Shown: positions 1-14,783, numbered from the stretch's first letter. The stretch: DNA of 64,000 nucleotides from Octopus sinensis (GCF_006345805.1 NC_043000.1:98890001-98954000); one strand, 5' to 3'. Translations and numbers: made by a program. Notes: a model not told the origin generated them from the letters alone.

Positions 1-91
1 TTCGCGTAGTTTAGACGACAATATATTCGCCGCACCCTTTCTCTCTCTCCCTCCCACTCCATCCTTCTCTCTCCCTCTCTCTCTCTCTGTG

Positions 92-967
<876 letters not shown>

Positions 968-1709
968 TTATATGTGATTACCCCTACCTCTAAGTCTCGT
1001 ACCAGCCACTTCGTCGGGTACTTCTGCCTCTGTATGTTACCCTTTCCGATCTTTCGCATCTTTGAGTTTTTACTGAAGCAGTAAGATCAACAGTTATTCC
1101 AGGGGAAAATCATCCCCATCATCGGAGGTCCTGACGTAATGGCTCTCCTCACAAATCATTCCTGCATTCCCAACCATAAAGCGGACAAATACAACTCATC
1201 ACCAACTACGGTTTTGCTGATGTCTACATTAGCGGTGATATTTTATAAGATTTTTCATAAAACGAAATCAGTGAATGGCAAATTCAGTGGATCGTAATGC
1301 TTTGAATTTCACATTCCTAAAATATATTCTTTAAAAATAGAAAGAAGTATACGTGAACGTACTCTTTCGTATAACATGAATAAATTATGGAGAGGCGAGC
1401 GGGCATGTAAAAAGGGGTGCGAGGAATTGAATAATTCCTTTGGAGAAAATAGAATGCGAGAGGGATGGAGGGAGAGAGAGAGGCGATGACTGAGTGAATG
1501 AGTGAGAGTGTGAAAGAACAAATGAGTGAGTGAGTGAGTCAGTGAGCGTATGAGTGAATAAGTCAGAGTGTCTGAGGGTATGATGGGGGGTAGCTACATG
1601 AATAATGTGCTGTATGCGTAAGCTTCTAGTTTCTACTAATAATCACATATACACTCATTTCCAAAGACACACACCCACACACACACGCTCACAAGCGCAC
1701 GCACACACA

Positions 1710-1752
<43 letters not shown>

Positions 1753-2343
1753 GAAGTGGCTATCAGGGCACAGAGTATCTGGAGTCAATATTGATATATA
1801 TATGTGCAGAACATTAACTATGGTGTTGGAGCTAACGCTCAATATACAACTACCTGGAAAAGTCATATGCACACCATACTAAAATAATATAGGAAAACTG
1901 TTTTTCAGAAAGCATTAAGGGAGCTTCCGACACTCGGGAAAATTTCTTGAAACATGAGGATAGGAATCTAAATTTAAATGAAACGATATGACAGAATGAC
2001 TTCATATATTAATCTTTAGGAACGCTCTGAGGTGAATAGGAGTAAAAACGGCTGTACATAAGTATTAAAATCTTAGCACGAATGTAATTTGTTAAAGAGA
2101 CTTACACTTACTTTCAAAGTCGCGTAGCAATCATTACAACTTATATAATGTTAGATGACTGCAGACATTTATCTTCCAAAGCCTTTTAATATCCCTCACG
2201 CCACTTATTTATTAATATTGATATTGATATTACTGACAAAATAGCATTGATAACAACCCGTCAAACGAAATCAAAATTCCAGAAAATATGTTTGTAGACA
2301 GGGTGTGCATATGTATGTATGTCTCTATATACATATGCATACA

Positions 2344-2351
2344 TATTCATG

Positions 2352-2445
<94 letters not shown>
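2344..2445. repeat. (TA)n microsatellite, one of dozens in the window
   Basis: Direct reading of the sequence. Confidence 0.97.
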
Positions 2446-2447
<2 letters not shown>

Positions 2448-2535
2448 TTATACACACATACGTACATACATACATATATTCATACATATACGTATATACA
2501 TACACACACACGCACACACACACACATCGCCATGA

Positions 2536-2714
2536 TAGATCGGTAGCCACTACACACATTTTTTTCTCTCCTTGTTTCTTTATGTGTTTCTTTCTGTGGA
2601 AGAACGTAGGCTCGAAACGTAAAAGACTTTTTCTATTCTCGAGCGTTATACTAATACATCTGTTTGTTTTCTACACCACCTGTCTTCGTCTTCTGTTTTT
2701 TTTTCGTGAATTCT

Positions 2715-2718
<4 letters not shown>
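2536..2718 (+). mobile_element. Short hammerhead-bearing element, family H1 (Penelope pseudo-LTR-like)
   Basis: Starts TAGATCGGTAGCCACTACAC; homologous to the reverse complement of 45645-45828; flanked by (CA)n and (TA)n. Confidence 0.7.
2589..2626 (+). ncRNA. Minimal type I hammerhead ribozyme fold, variant core CUGUGGA
   Basis: TCTTT-CTGTGGA-A-GAAC gtag GCTC-GAAA-C-GTA-AAAGA: stem I 5 bp, stem II with one mismatch, predicted cut after GUA at 2621. Confidence 0.55.
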
Positions 2719-2788
<70 letters not shown>

Positions 2789-3084
2789 ATAAGAGTAAAT
2801 AATTTCTATAAAGGCTTTTAAAAAAACCCCAATTATTTACTGGTAGAATTCGGTATGTAAATATAGCCGATTACCGGCAGGAACTTCTGTAAAGTTCAGT
2901 ATATATATTGTATATAAGAAAAAGGGACAGGCAAAACAGGTTGCTTGACCGCATACCGAAAAAATAGAAATAGCAGTCAAGAATGCTTATTTCTATCAAA
3001 GTTGGACTCCGGGCATGACAGACCCTGTAATTCACATATGCAAAACAGAAGGAATAGATAACGAATACGAAGTCTGGCGGTTAT

Positions 3085-3197
3085 CTGTGAACATCATGTT
3101 TCTGGATTATAAACATATTGAATATATATTCCATATATATTTTTGATATATATTTCATATACATTGCATATATATTTCACATCCTTCTTCAGCACAG
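3085..3197 (-). ncRNA. Mirror-image hammerhead-like fold (left arm of palindrome)
   Basis: Reverse complement of 3208-3320 apart from one loop base. Confidence 0.55.
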
Positions 3198-3207
3198 CAA
3201 TGGAAAG

Positions 3208-3320
3208 CTGTGCTGAAGAAGGATGTGAAATATATATGCAATGTATATGAAATATATATCAAAAATATATATGAAATATATATTCAATATGTTTATAATC
3301 CAGAAACATGATGTTCACAG
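3208..3320 (+). ncRNA. Type I hammerhead-like fold with 73-nt AT-rich loop II (right arm of palindrome)
   Basis: CTGTG-CTGAAGA-A-GGAT...ATCC-A-GAAA-CAT g ATG-TT-CACAG: stem I CTGTG/CACAG, stem III ACAT/ATGT, predicted cut after GUU at 3315. Confidence 0.55.
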
Positions 3321-3470
3321 ATAACCGCCAGACTTCGTATTCGTTATCTATTCCTTCTGTTTTGCATATGTGAATTACAGGGTCTGTCATGCCCGGAGTC
3401 CAACTTTGATAGAAATAAGCATTCTTGACTGCTATTTCTATTTTTTCGGTATGCGGTCAAGCAACCTGTT

Positions 3471-3522
<52 letters not shown>

Positions 3523-3523
3523 T

Positions 3524-4110
3524 TCCGTCGTAACTGCTATCCTGTCTTTTCTCGCCCGCCTTCTAAGGCTACTGGTCGACTATTTTCTCTCTCTCGTCGT
3601 CCACGATAATCCAGCGTTTGCAATACTTTTTTCGTCTGGCGTTAACAGCCCTTCTTATCTTGTTCTCCTTGTCCTGTCTCTCACTGTTATATTTTTATTT
3701 TTCCACTGTTTATATATATATTTTTTACTGTTTATATGTTTGTACTGTCGTTACCGTCTTGCTTTTTTTTACCCCTCTGCGAAAAGATCTCAGAATTTTA
3801 ATTGATTTGCTTTTCGCGGGAAGGAAGTTTTCTTCGAAGTATACGTCTCGCTTTTATCCTTCGAAACGTTTAGTAGATGAAACCTTAGCGACTGAAGAAG
3901 GGGATTTTTCGTTGTGCTTATTGTCCTGTATCTCTCTTTTTTTTGCTTGTCTTGTTCCTTGGTTTGTGTCTATGTGTTTCGTCTCTCTATGTGTTCGACG
4001 TCTTTTTGGTGTCCTGTACACATATATGCGTGTATATGTACATGTAGAGGTAGGTACGTACATATATGTTTATATATATGCATATGTTCTATTTTATTAA
4101 CATATATATA
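3524..4110 (+). mobile_element. Penelope pseudo-LTR-like repeat fragment with a decayed hammerhead start
   Basis: 3' part (GTCCTGTACACATATATG...GTAGGTACGTACATATATG) is homologous to 34200-34330; TTAGCGA-CTGAAGA-AGGGG at 3885-3903 lacks the GAAA half. Confidence 0.4.
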
Positions 4111-4199
4111 TATATATATACACATACATACACAAGATCAGTGACTATGTGTCACTCTTTTTTTATATATACTCTCCTCACTTGCAATACATATCGAGT

Positions 4200-4408
4200 G
4201 CGGCGACCTGGCAGAAACGTTAGCATGCCGGGAGAAATGCGTAGCGATATTTCGTCTGTCTACATCCTGAGTTCAAGTTCCGCCGAGGTCGACTTTGCCT
4301 CTTATCCTTTCAGTGTCGCTAAATTAAGTGCCAGTTCGTACTGGAGTCGATCTAATCGACTGGTCCCCTCCCTCAAAATTTCGATCCTTGTGTCAAGACT
4401 AGGAAAGT
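4200..4408 (+). mobile_element. tRNA-derived SINE, Meta/Sauria-like central domain, with a 12-bp flanking direct repeat
   Basis: CTGGCAGAAACGTTAGC...GAGTTCAAGTTCCGCCGAGGTCGACTTTGCCTCTTATCCTTTC; ATATCGAGTGCG at 4191 and 4413 (candidate TSD). Confidence 0.8.
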
Positions 4409-4523
4409 ATATATATCGAGTGCGACGAGCACTGAATAACCAGCCAAAGAGGGCTTTACTTCCAGAGATAAAATAGTTGTAGCGTCTGTTCTTATAGTAC
4501 ACCTATGTTTAGGTGGCGATAAA

Positions 4524-4630
<107 letters not shown>

Positions 4631-4646
4631 ACAAACACACACAGGT

Positions 4647-4690
4647 GAACTGTCCGACGAACGGGAACGTGAAACTCTGAGTAATAGTTC
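4647..4690 (+). ncRNA. Minimal type I hammerhead fold, core CCGACGA (U4C), in a ~95-bp insert between (TA)n tracts
   Basis: GAACTGT-CCGACGA-ACG ggaa CGT-GAAA-CTC t GAG-TA-ATAGTTC: 7-bp stem I (one G-U), 3-bp stem II, stem III ACTC/GAGT, predicted cut after GUA at 4683. Confidence 0.65.
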
Positions 4691-4786
4691 TCTGATAATT
4701 TTACAGCTTTAGTATGGAGTATAGCATATATGTATATATATATATATAGATATATATTATATATATATATAATATAATAATAATAA

Positions 4787-4832
<46 letters not shown>

Positions 4833-7199
4833 ATTATATATATATATATATATCAGCTCGGACATCGGTGTATAAAGCTTTATGTATATAAAGTTATATA
4901 CTTCGAGACTGTTTTAAAGCCGCAATCCACCAATTTATAAGAAAAAAAAAGACTGTGTAATGTTATTCAATTCACACTAAATGCAATAGATAGTTCAGCA
5001 GGCTTTCCTCTATCGATATTTAGAGCTTTGTATGCCTTCCAGTGAGCAAAGATTTATGTGATATGTCTTTGATCAATATTTTAACTAAGTTACGATTCAA
5101 TACTGATTCGAACTGAGGACACCAAACTACCTAGTGGCATGTTTGTGGTGCGATAGTCCTTTGACATATTCTACTGAGGCTGCCGTTTCAGACAATGTAC
5201 GAAAATCTAGTGTGTTGGTCAAAGGTCTGAAAAGATATTTTCCACCTCACAGTGGAATATATTGTAAAGTTTGCAAAAGTATTAAATTGCAGTTATCCAT
5301 AGTATCATCGTTTTCATTTCAATTAATTAATTGGGATTCTTTTTATGCTATTTGCAAATCTATGTAAATGACATTTTCAGAAGACGGAGAAATCTATGCA
5401 AATCTATGTAAATGACATTTTCAGAAGATGGAGAAATTATGAGAAAAAAATTGTCAGAAGGTTCAGATATTGTGAGCGACAATGATATAAAAAAGATGTC
5501 CGAAACATTAGTGCACGTGTTAGATTATTTTGCTAGTATTTCTTCACTTGCCTGGTTTTCATCAAACAATTCTGAAGATGCTTTTCATTAGCGTGTAATT
5601 TAATTACAATGCGTACAACTTCTACACACTTCGAAATGTATTTCAATATGGTTCTCTTCGGTATCAATAATGGCATCTCTTGTCTAAAATTCTATGACGC
5701 TAATGTTAATGGGAAGTCAGATGTTCAGCCAGATGGATAACATAAGTATGTATCTAAAAAAGGGTAATTTCTTTCATAGCTTCCGCTACTTCACTTCTGA
5801 TAATAAACATTAGAGATTAAGTTTCAGGGCATCTCATACTGCCAATTTGGTACCACTGACATTTATATAAATGATTTCACACAATCGAAAATTATTTATT
5901 TGCAGGTAGTTGTCATATGATCCAATGATGCGTTTAGAAGTATTTTTCTATGCCTTTGGACTATTAGAAAACATATTGTAAACACTTTGAACAATTCCAG
6001 AAAAAATACCTGGGCCTATGCAGCACCCTACTTAATCTGTGTCACACAATTTCGATGTATGGCATCTACTTGCTGATAAAATAAGGAGGGTTTCTGTAAG
6101 TAATGTTCTTTGTACTTTTTGTACATGGCTGTTATTTTGGCACCATTCTCATATCTTAGACCATTGTATACTTCCATGATAATGTTTTCTCAATAAGCTT
6201 TCCCTCAATAGCCTTCAAATATTTGGAATGCCTTACATCATAAACGTACAATCTATATATTTAAGGTAAGGTGCGATTAATGTCAATTCGACATTTGTGG
6301 AGACAGGTGTTCTATCATCTATTAGTAAGTAGAATTTTGCTTTACATCTCTCAAGAAGTATGCATTTCAAAAGGAAATTGAAACAAAATAAAATTAATTA
6401 ATTTTTGCATTCACCTAGAAAATAACGTGTTGCAGCCTTTCCCTTTTCCCCCCATCTTTCTTTGATTTTCCTGGCATGGGAATTATAAGATCTCAATAAA
6501 ACAAAAGTTCAACAAGCCCGATAAAGTTACCATTGTGAATAACACCGTAGAATTCAAAACAGCAATAGTAACAACAATAATATTTATGACGATAATAATA
6601 ATGTTAATTACTTGGTGTCATATATTAATACAATTGGTGTCCTTTGCTACACTTTATTTATGCAAATAAATGTTCCATACATCTGTATAAATTAAATTAA
6701 TTAAATTAAATTCTATGTTCGCGCTTTTTCCATGATTCACAATTCAATTTATGCTGGTTACGCTATTCATGGTTAGGTTTTCCTATAATTTTCTCCATTC
6801 CTCTGTAGTAAACAATTCAATATATGTTGTCAAAACCAATTCATTCACTCCACTTTCTAAAGAGCTCTTATGGCAATATCTAAATGGAGATCGTTTGATT
6901 CTTAACACTTTACAATAGTCACTCTCCGCTGCACGTATTTCATTGTGATGCAGGGAATAGGCTGTTGCTTATTATCTTTTGGAACTGTTTACCTCCGCAC
7001 ACATTTTCCGCAGTTTTTCTGTAATTTCTTGTTTTCAACATGGAATTTATTTTGTGTAGCTTTAAGATGTTATTTTTCCAAACTTGGTTTTACATTCGTG
7101 GGACTGTATATACGTTCAGATTTGATTTTTGTGGGCACTTTAGATGACTAGATAAAGGTCAACAGTTTCATCCTGAGATGAAGCTGTTTTGTTTTCAGT

Positions 7200-8640
7200 T
7201 GTTTTCATGAGTGGAAAGCTTAGCTTCTGTTGATAAATATTCATCACTTAGCTTTTTGGAAATGATACCCATATTTAGTAATAGTTAATGTCCTTTTTTT
7301 CTTATCGCTTTAATTTAGGTGCTTTTGGCTTCTTATACTCTGCATTGATATCACTAACATATATAAAATTCTCTCTGTAAAAGTTATAGTGTTAAGATTA
7401 GATTTAAATAATAGAATTGACGAGAGATATTCTAGTTTGCAAATAAGCGTTATTTCTCCTTTCCTATGATAGATACTTCATTATCTGACTGGAAGATACA
7501 TGGAATAGGAGACGTTTCTTTCCTTGTAGTTTTTAAAAACAATATTTGCATGCATAGTTTTGATCTTTCTGTCTGTGAGAATTCTATACCACAGTATATT
7601 CGCTTTGTTATTTTCGTAGACATGTTCTATTGTCCATATCACGCCTTTTCTATTGGTATTCAAAAGATGTAATAACTTTCAATGTATCTAATTCCAAACT
7701 CTTTCATATTTCTGTATTAATTTTCTCTTTCTAGCAACCACAGGTAATGTGGTTAAGTTTTTATTCCCCCTCTCCATATATTCTAAACTGTCTTTTGATT
7801 CATTAAACACATTTGGTGGTTTCTGGTGTGAAAATTGCTACAGTCAAGAATCTTCAAGTTTCAACTTTGAGTCTAACACTTCTGAAGCAGTGCTGCAAAG
7901 TTATTTTTCCCACATTCACACATATAAGATTTTTTTCAAGTATTAGTCAGGTAGGGGTGTTTGTTTTCATAGCAATCTCATGGTATTTGTAACCTCAATT
8001 TTAGCAGAGATTTTAGCCTATCTATAATTTCTTTTATTATTTCTCCCTCTTATTCATAATCAGTATTAGCTACCATATCTCATTTCAGCTTCTGTTTTCT
8101 ATTTTCTTGAAGAAAATAGTCTATTGCTTTGTTCGTAACTGCTGCCAAAATTTTCTGTAATTTTTCACTAGATATTTTCCGTCCTAGAGACGATATCTTA
8201 TAATCGTTTACTCTTTCACAGGAGCACCGGGCATCCTCTATTCAAAGAAAGCGCAGTTTCTCTATTTAAGAATTTGGGTAGTGTATTCTAAATTCAGTAA
8301 TCATTTTTCTTGTTTTACTGACTAGCATTTCTAGTTCACCTTTTCTCCAATTGACAACGATACGACTATAAGCCATTACTGAGGCAGCTGGTGTTACCCA
8401 GTAATGGGTTATAGTTGTAGTACAATAAAATATATTAGATGTCAAATGTATATTTTACTGCATTATGCTCTGTCTTCAATATAAACTTCATACAACCACA
8501 ATGTTACTTCTCATTCTTTTCTTTCATTGGTGAGTTACAGCTATCCACTTCATTGATTCCTACGTATCTCAATGACTATGTTTGTTGTAATTCTTCAAAC
8601 TCATGTTCTTTTGCACTGTACATTCATATACATCAGTAGT
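7200..8640 (-). pseudogene. Old, heavily decayed R4/Dong-like LINE fragment (post-RT region to endonuclease)
   Basis: Minus-strand translations LRYVGINEVD, VNWRKGELEMLVSKTRKMITEF and ENNKANILWYRILTDRKIK align by eye with the corresponding regions of the 52.4-53.4 kb and 57.8-61 kb elements; boundaries approximate. Confidence 0.7.
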
Positions 8641-8877
8641 ATACTTATAAATAAATACATTTCTTACTTTTACTCTCTCTCTCTTTCCCTCTTTCTTTCT
8701 CTCTCCCCTCACACATATGCACATTTAAATGGACATATATAAACATATAAATATATAATATCAATACGCGTACATTTGTGTATATATGTGCAAGTATATG
8801 TATATACACGTACAAACATACAAAAACATTCACACAAACACACACACATATATATATAGATACACACACACACACAT

Positions 8878-8925
<48 letters not shown>

Positions 8926-11900
8926 GTATATATATGTGTGCGTGTGAGGGTGTGTATGTATCTGCATATGTATTTACATATATACATACACATAAATTTA
9001 TATTCGTGTATGTGTTGATATGTGTCTTTGTATGTGTGTGTGTGTGTGTGCTGGTATATATCGGTTTATTTATTATAAAGGTGATGAGACGTGCCAAACT
9101 GTCAGTCTTTCTCAATGTGTGTAGTAAGAATTATTTGATAAAGTTATCTCTTGATTGATCAGATGTCAAAGTTCATTGCCTAAAACTGTTTTTGTCTTTC
9201 GAAACATGAATGAAGAACGGAAGTTATTTAATGATACTCCTCAAATATCTTCATTGGCATCTTCGTATTCAGATTTACTCTCAAAATTTATGAAACTCAT
9301 CAAGGAAATCTAATATATTTCATTTGGTTTGTTTAGAGATATCAGTTTTGATATATGGAATATCAGAAGGGTAACTAGGAAAACGTTCTTTCTTTCAGTG
9401 GGAAAATATGTTAGTTACTAATCAGTTCACTTACTCCAGGAATAATACATTCCAGAGGGTTTCAATCTTATTAGAACATCACCAGTGAAGCATAACTTGT
9501 ATGGCTTTTCCTCAAGTATCTCTTCAAGTGCTTTACCAATAAAATTTGGTGATTTGGATCTTCATGCCCTCTTGTCTAACATATAACTTTGTACATTATT
9601 GGAGTTACGAGAATCATCTCAATTAAAAACAAAAAAATCGCTTATTTTTTGAATGACAGGACAGTACCTTATTCCTTAATGACATCCGAACGTCAGGAGA
9701 AGGAGATAGAAAATTTTCCTTAAACCGTGGGCTTTGCAACGAATAGATTGCGCCAAAATTGCAAAAGCAGCATGGTTATATTTGACTGGGTAACGGATAA
9801 TGTCAACCACTCAAGAGCATGAATGTTCTATTCGGCTGTCTCGTACAGTTTTCATTTCCCAAATTTGGGACATGAAATCTCTGAGCGTCACGAAGATATG
9901 GAGGAGTTACTGGGCAGTACAGTTTTAACCGAATCCATGTAGCTAGTAAACATAAACTGTCATATTCGTGTGCATTGCTTTCGGCTCTTCTCTCTCACTG
10001 TCCCTTAGTCGCTATCATTTTCAACTCCCGTCTCCCTCGCTCAAACTCTCACAGACTTTTCCCCTTCACTTTTACTCCTTTCTTGTAGGATCTTGTTTTG
10101 TCCCCACTCCCATACCTCATAAATTAAATCTAGTTGATGCCGTCTTATTCTTTAATTCCTTTTGGGTGCATAAGAGGAAACTTTCTTCTAATATTTGAGC
10201 GGCAAATGTCCTGAAACCCAGTTTTTTGTAGGTGACTGAAAAACGCAGGTCATCTATGAATAAAAACTGAATGAAAGTTAAGTTTTTCAAATAAAGGCTG
10301 TTTGTAGCTAATCATCAACAGGTCTGAAGAAGCCTTGCCATCAAATGTTTGAGTAAAATGATAAATAAATAAATGAAAAACACTCCCGTTGCTTTCCACA
10401 GGTACTTCATCAAAATTTAAATTCAGAACTGTAACTTAATTCGGTACCAGTACTGCAATTTCACAGTTTCTGATTAGGGAGGTGAGGTGTTATTTCAACT
10501 GGTACCTATATGCAGAGAGGCAGGTTGGGCAATTGAAAAGGAAGCATCATGCTTTCAGACAGAAACGTCACACTACAACACCAAAGCAATCATTCGTTCG
10601 CATCACTCTACCAAATATTACTGAACTTACACAAAGCACTACAGTAGAATCATGATTATAACCTTGTCCTAAACGTATTAGTCTTGTTCTTCAATCTAAA
10701 GAAAGGAATATTACAGAGAAAGACAAATCAATAAGCGATACGTTCTTTTACATAAAAAAGCACCATGTGAACATATATTAAATAACAAGTGTATGTAAAT
10801 AGTATGTTAAGTAAGAATGATCAGAAAACTGAAAGATAGGTCAAGAAATGAATGTAATAAATAAAGTTTGTTTATATACTTAAAAGAAAAAAACTGAAGC
10901 TATCATGTTACATTTGTAAACAGAAAACGAGACTATTTAGGAATATTTCAGTAACACCTAAAAGAATTTATCTCAAAATCCTATGTTTTTCTACATAGAT
11001 TAGTGTAAACATCGATCAGGAAGATATGAGGACGAAAAGAAAATGTACGTATACGAATCTAAGTCCAAAAATGTCAGCATGTTTGTATAGCGTAAAACTT
11101 TTGAAACTGAAGAGCGACGAAATAAATGGCCCTTTCACAGGGGAGGATGAAAGATATGTATGCATGCATACAATCACATACACACGCACAAACACACATA
11201 CACGCTCATACACACATACATACCAGAAAAATATATGACACAAAAGATCTTGCACAAGTATGATTGCTTCAAATGGTAATGATTTCTAATTGAAGTGAAG
11301 AAGGGATCACGTTCATTGGTAATGTATTTTCGCTTATCTTGAATACTTTTTGCAATATTATCTGTAACACAACGCAACTCTTAATACTCAAATAAATGTG
11401 CGTGTGTGTGTGAATGGAAATGGATGTAAGGCACAGCGTAAGAGAGAGAGAGAGAGGATGGATAGAGAGAGAGAGAGGGATGGATAGAGAGAGAGTGAGA
11501 GAAGATGATAGAACACGAGAGAGGGAGGGGCGATAGAGGCTGTGCTTAAATGGAAAATGGACATATAAGTCGAGAGAGTGCGTGGCGGGTTTTGAATGGA
11601 AGAGTAGAAAGAGAGAAAATACATAGACGTGCGCAATGGGATACGGTGGAGTTTTAAGCTCATTCTCGTTCAATAATCTGTCCCTTAGCATTCTGATTTC
11701 AACCCGCATCAGACTAGAACCCGTTTACAGTCCCATAAAGTTTAGGGAACAACATAATAGAGTCAATTCAATCGGTCATTCACAGTCCCTACAAAAATAT
11801 GGCATTCTCCCCTTACAATTACATACATGTATGTACTTTTTTACTTACTGAGTATCAGAAAAAAAAAAACAATAGTGCCCCTGACCACTGGAAGCACACC

Positions 11901-12875
11901 GCAACACTAGCGAGATCGATGCCGTTAATATTCCGTTTAAACTATTGCGGATCAACACCTGCAGAAATAGACATGAGAAAGTAGGAGAGTGCAGAAGGCC
12001 GACTTTCTGAGGAGAAAGGTTTAGATATAGTGGTTAGTGCAGATAAAGCGGAGTCAGATACACAAAGGATGTCGAGAGGTGAAGAGACGAATGAGTCAGG
12101 GAGGGCTGGGTTGCTAGTAATACGGGACTAGCAATGTGCTGAGCAGATAATATAATAGTGATAGAAAAGGGAAAATATCTCACTTGTAGACCAGAGATTG
12201 GAGTACGCCTACCTGTTAGTGATAGCGTGCCAAGCAGTCGTGTGACCCTTCTATCCTACTTATGCTAACGATGTACTTTCAGCAGATGTACACGATTGCA
12301 GTCCACTGCGTGTAACTAGTGAGGAAGTTTGGAAATATGTGTGCAGATTTGCATATTCTTATCCACTTAGATGTGCATAAAACTATTTGTACATATGCAC
12401 ATGAAATTCATGTATCCTTGAGTGCATTTAAATATAAGTGGCTGTGCGCATACAACTATTTAAGCATGTGTGCATTTAAACTTTTTGCACGCGTGTGCAT
12501 GTAAAAATGTGCACATGAATGTGTTTAGTTGTATGTACGTATGTATGCGTAAATAAAAATATTTATGCACCTGTGTATCAAATATTTTATGCATCTACAA
12601 ATAACTATGTGAATGAGATTATATGTGCACATAACTATGAGCATGTACATATGTGTGCATACAAATAGTTGTTTGTGTACAGTGAAATATTTGTGTATTT
12701 GTGCATTTAAATATGCATAAATATATTTACGCTTATATGTGTGCATGTAACTATACATGTGCACATAAAAATATTTATTTATATGTTCATATACCTATTT
12801 GTACATCTGTGCATATGTATGTGTGCGTGTGTGCACGTGTGCGTGAGTGTTTGCATGTGTACGTGAGTGTCTGCA

Positions 12876-12908
<33 letters not shown>

Positions 12909-14570
12909 ATGTGTGTATCCGCGCGTGCACAAGAAAATACTTAAGCAATTGCGCATATAATTATGCATGAATATGCGTGCAATTATATCACTATATATAT
13001 GTTTATGTGTCAAATACCTCGAATGAAGTTCAAACGCATGTTTTCCTCTTTCTACTCCCGATAGAGCGAGGATTATACATAAACAAATATACATGCGCAT
13101 TCCCATAGGTTCCTCTGGGAAATAAGGTCCCACGAGGGTCTTTAAAGCATTTTGACTAAAGATGCCACCCACCGACTGGTTCCTTTGTCACATAACATTT
13201 GAATAGTTCTCGATCAATTCTCCTTCATACACTGTCAAGTGATAAGTTTAAACGCATCCTGAACAATTGCTAAACTTAAAACAAAACCGTTACCCATGCT
13301 TCAAAACTCGCCTCTATATATTTATATATGGTGTGAAGGGAAATCTCTTTCACAGAAACATTGAATTCCCACGACTAAATCACCATATATTTATGTATTT
13401 CAAAGTAGCAGAGATTTCGATTGCTGTGGCATTCATAGCTTTCCAAACACAATTATTGAAAGAAAAACACTGTGGTCGTTGCGACTTAAGAATCTTCTCT
13501 TTATGTTAAGTAGCTATCTATTAAATCTTGATAATGCTGGAGCATATTAAACAATAACGACATGATAATTATTGTTGCTGTTGTTATCGTCAGTGCTGTT
13601 ATTGTTGTTGTTGTCGTCGTCGTCGTCGTCGTTGTTGTGCGATCCCAAGTTAGACCTGATTGCGCAGATCTATGATCCAAAGCATTTCGGCATTCTTTTC
13701 GTTTGTTTCCTTAGGTATAAGTTTTCTGGCTTTGCAGATGGTCAGGTAACCATGTAAAAGCTCTTCTTATCGTATTTTGTTTATTACGAGTTAATAAAAT
13801 CAATGTTTTCAGGTTAAATTGCTTCCACGTAATGTTGATTAGGAAACTAATGTAAAGCATATCTTGGTTGACTATGTACCTGTAAATATATGACAGATCT
13901 CGGAAGACCCTTTGAGGAACATCATCAGCTGCCTGTGCATGCAGGTCTCTCCTGTCTACGACACAGATGCCCATACAAAGAATAGTCCACCCAACATGAT
14001 TTGACACCAATATCGTCGTAAGTGTTCCTTTCAGACCACAATGAATGGAAACACATATCACAAGACATCATGCAGGATCGTCTAATACCTTTACCCACAA
14101 TCAACTACACTAAATTGTTAGGGATTTTTTCGACCATTATATGACGGACGATAAAACTGACCTGAGCAGGATTTGAACTCAGAGCGCAAATCGCACGAGG
14201 CATCCCACACTTGTCTGTCTTTGATTCACTTTAAAATGTTGCTAAAATTAAAAATCTCTCACTCGGTGCTTAAAAAAGATGTGAGCTCTTCAAAGGTCAA
14301 AGCGTTATATCGTTAAAAAATTCTTCAAAACGCGATCATATCGGTGTATGTTTTCATGTAGGACTACGCTTGTAAATGTCTTAAATATAATTTAATAATT
14401 TTAAATTTTTGCAGCTTACGGTATAGCTAATATATACGAGTATACGTTAATGTCAGTTTGCCTATTATCATTAGATTTAATTATTAGCATCTACGTCCAC
14501 ATCTTTTGCTCACGTCTCACTCTACTGCTATGCGAGTAGGTAGGCGTGCATTATATATTTTATGTAGAAA

Positions 14571-14783
14571 GTGGCGAACTGGCAGAATCGTTAGCACGAT
14601 GGATAGAATAGTTGGCGGTATTTCTCCCGTCGCTACGTTCTGTGTTCAAATTCCGCCGAGGTCGAGTTTGCCTTTCATCCTTTCGGGGTCGATAAATCAA
14701 GTACCATTTGAGTACTGGGATCGATGTAATCGGCTATCCCCGTCCCCCCAAATTTCAGGCCTTGTGTCTATAGTAGAAAGGGT
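14571..14783 (+). mobile_element. tRNA-derived SINE, Meta-like family
   Basis: GGCGAACTGGCAGAATCGTTAGC...GTTCAAATTCCGCCGAGGTCGAGTTTGCCTTTCATCCTTTCGGGGTCGATAAA. Confidence 0.85.

Larger units (their letters stand above)
2935..3470. repeat. Near-perfect palindrome: two 264-bp arms, 8-nt spacer (3199-3206)
   Basis: 2935-3198 is the reverse complement of 3207-3470; one mismatch seen (3131). Confidence 0.95.

Noticed and set aside
3885-3915. TTAGCGA-CTGAAGA-AGGGG...TCGTTG hammerhead-like start
   Set aside because: The 3' strand of stem II, GAAA and stem III are absent; at most a deleted relic, so not listed as ncRNA.
5354-5437. 44-bp tandem duplication
   Set aside because: An ordinary local slippage duplication with no further structure.
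11950-12330. Possible LINE AP-endonuclease remnant on the minus strand (PLDILCVSDSAL)
   Set aside because: A single short motif-like match that I could not extend.
13880-14095. Possible exon (moderate GC, several open frames, CAG|GTAC donor-like site on the minus strand)
   Set aside because: No recognisable protein similarity and no convincing acceptor/donor pair; needs TBLASTX or RNA-seq.
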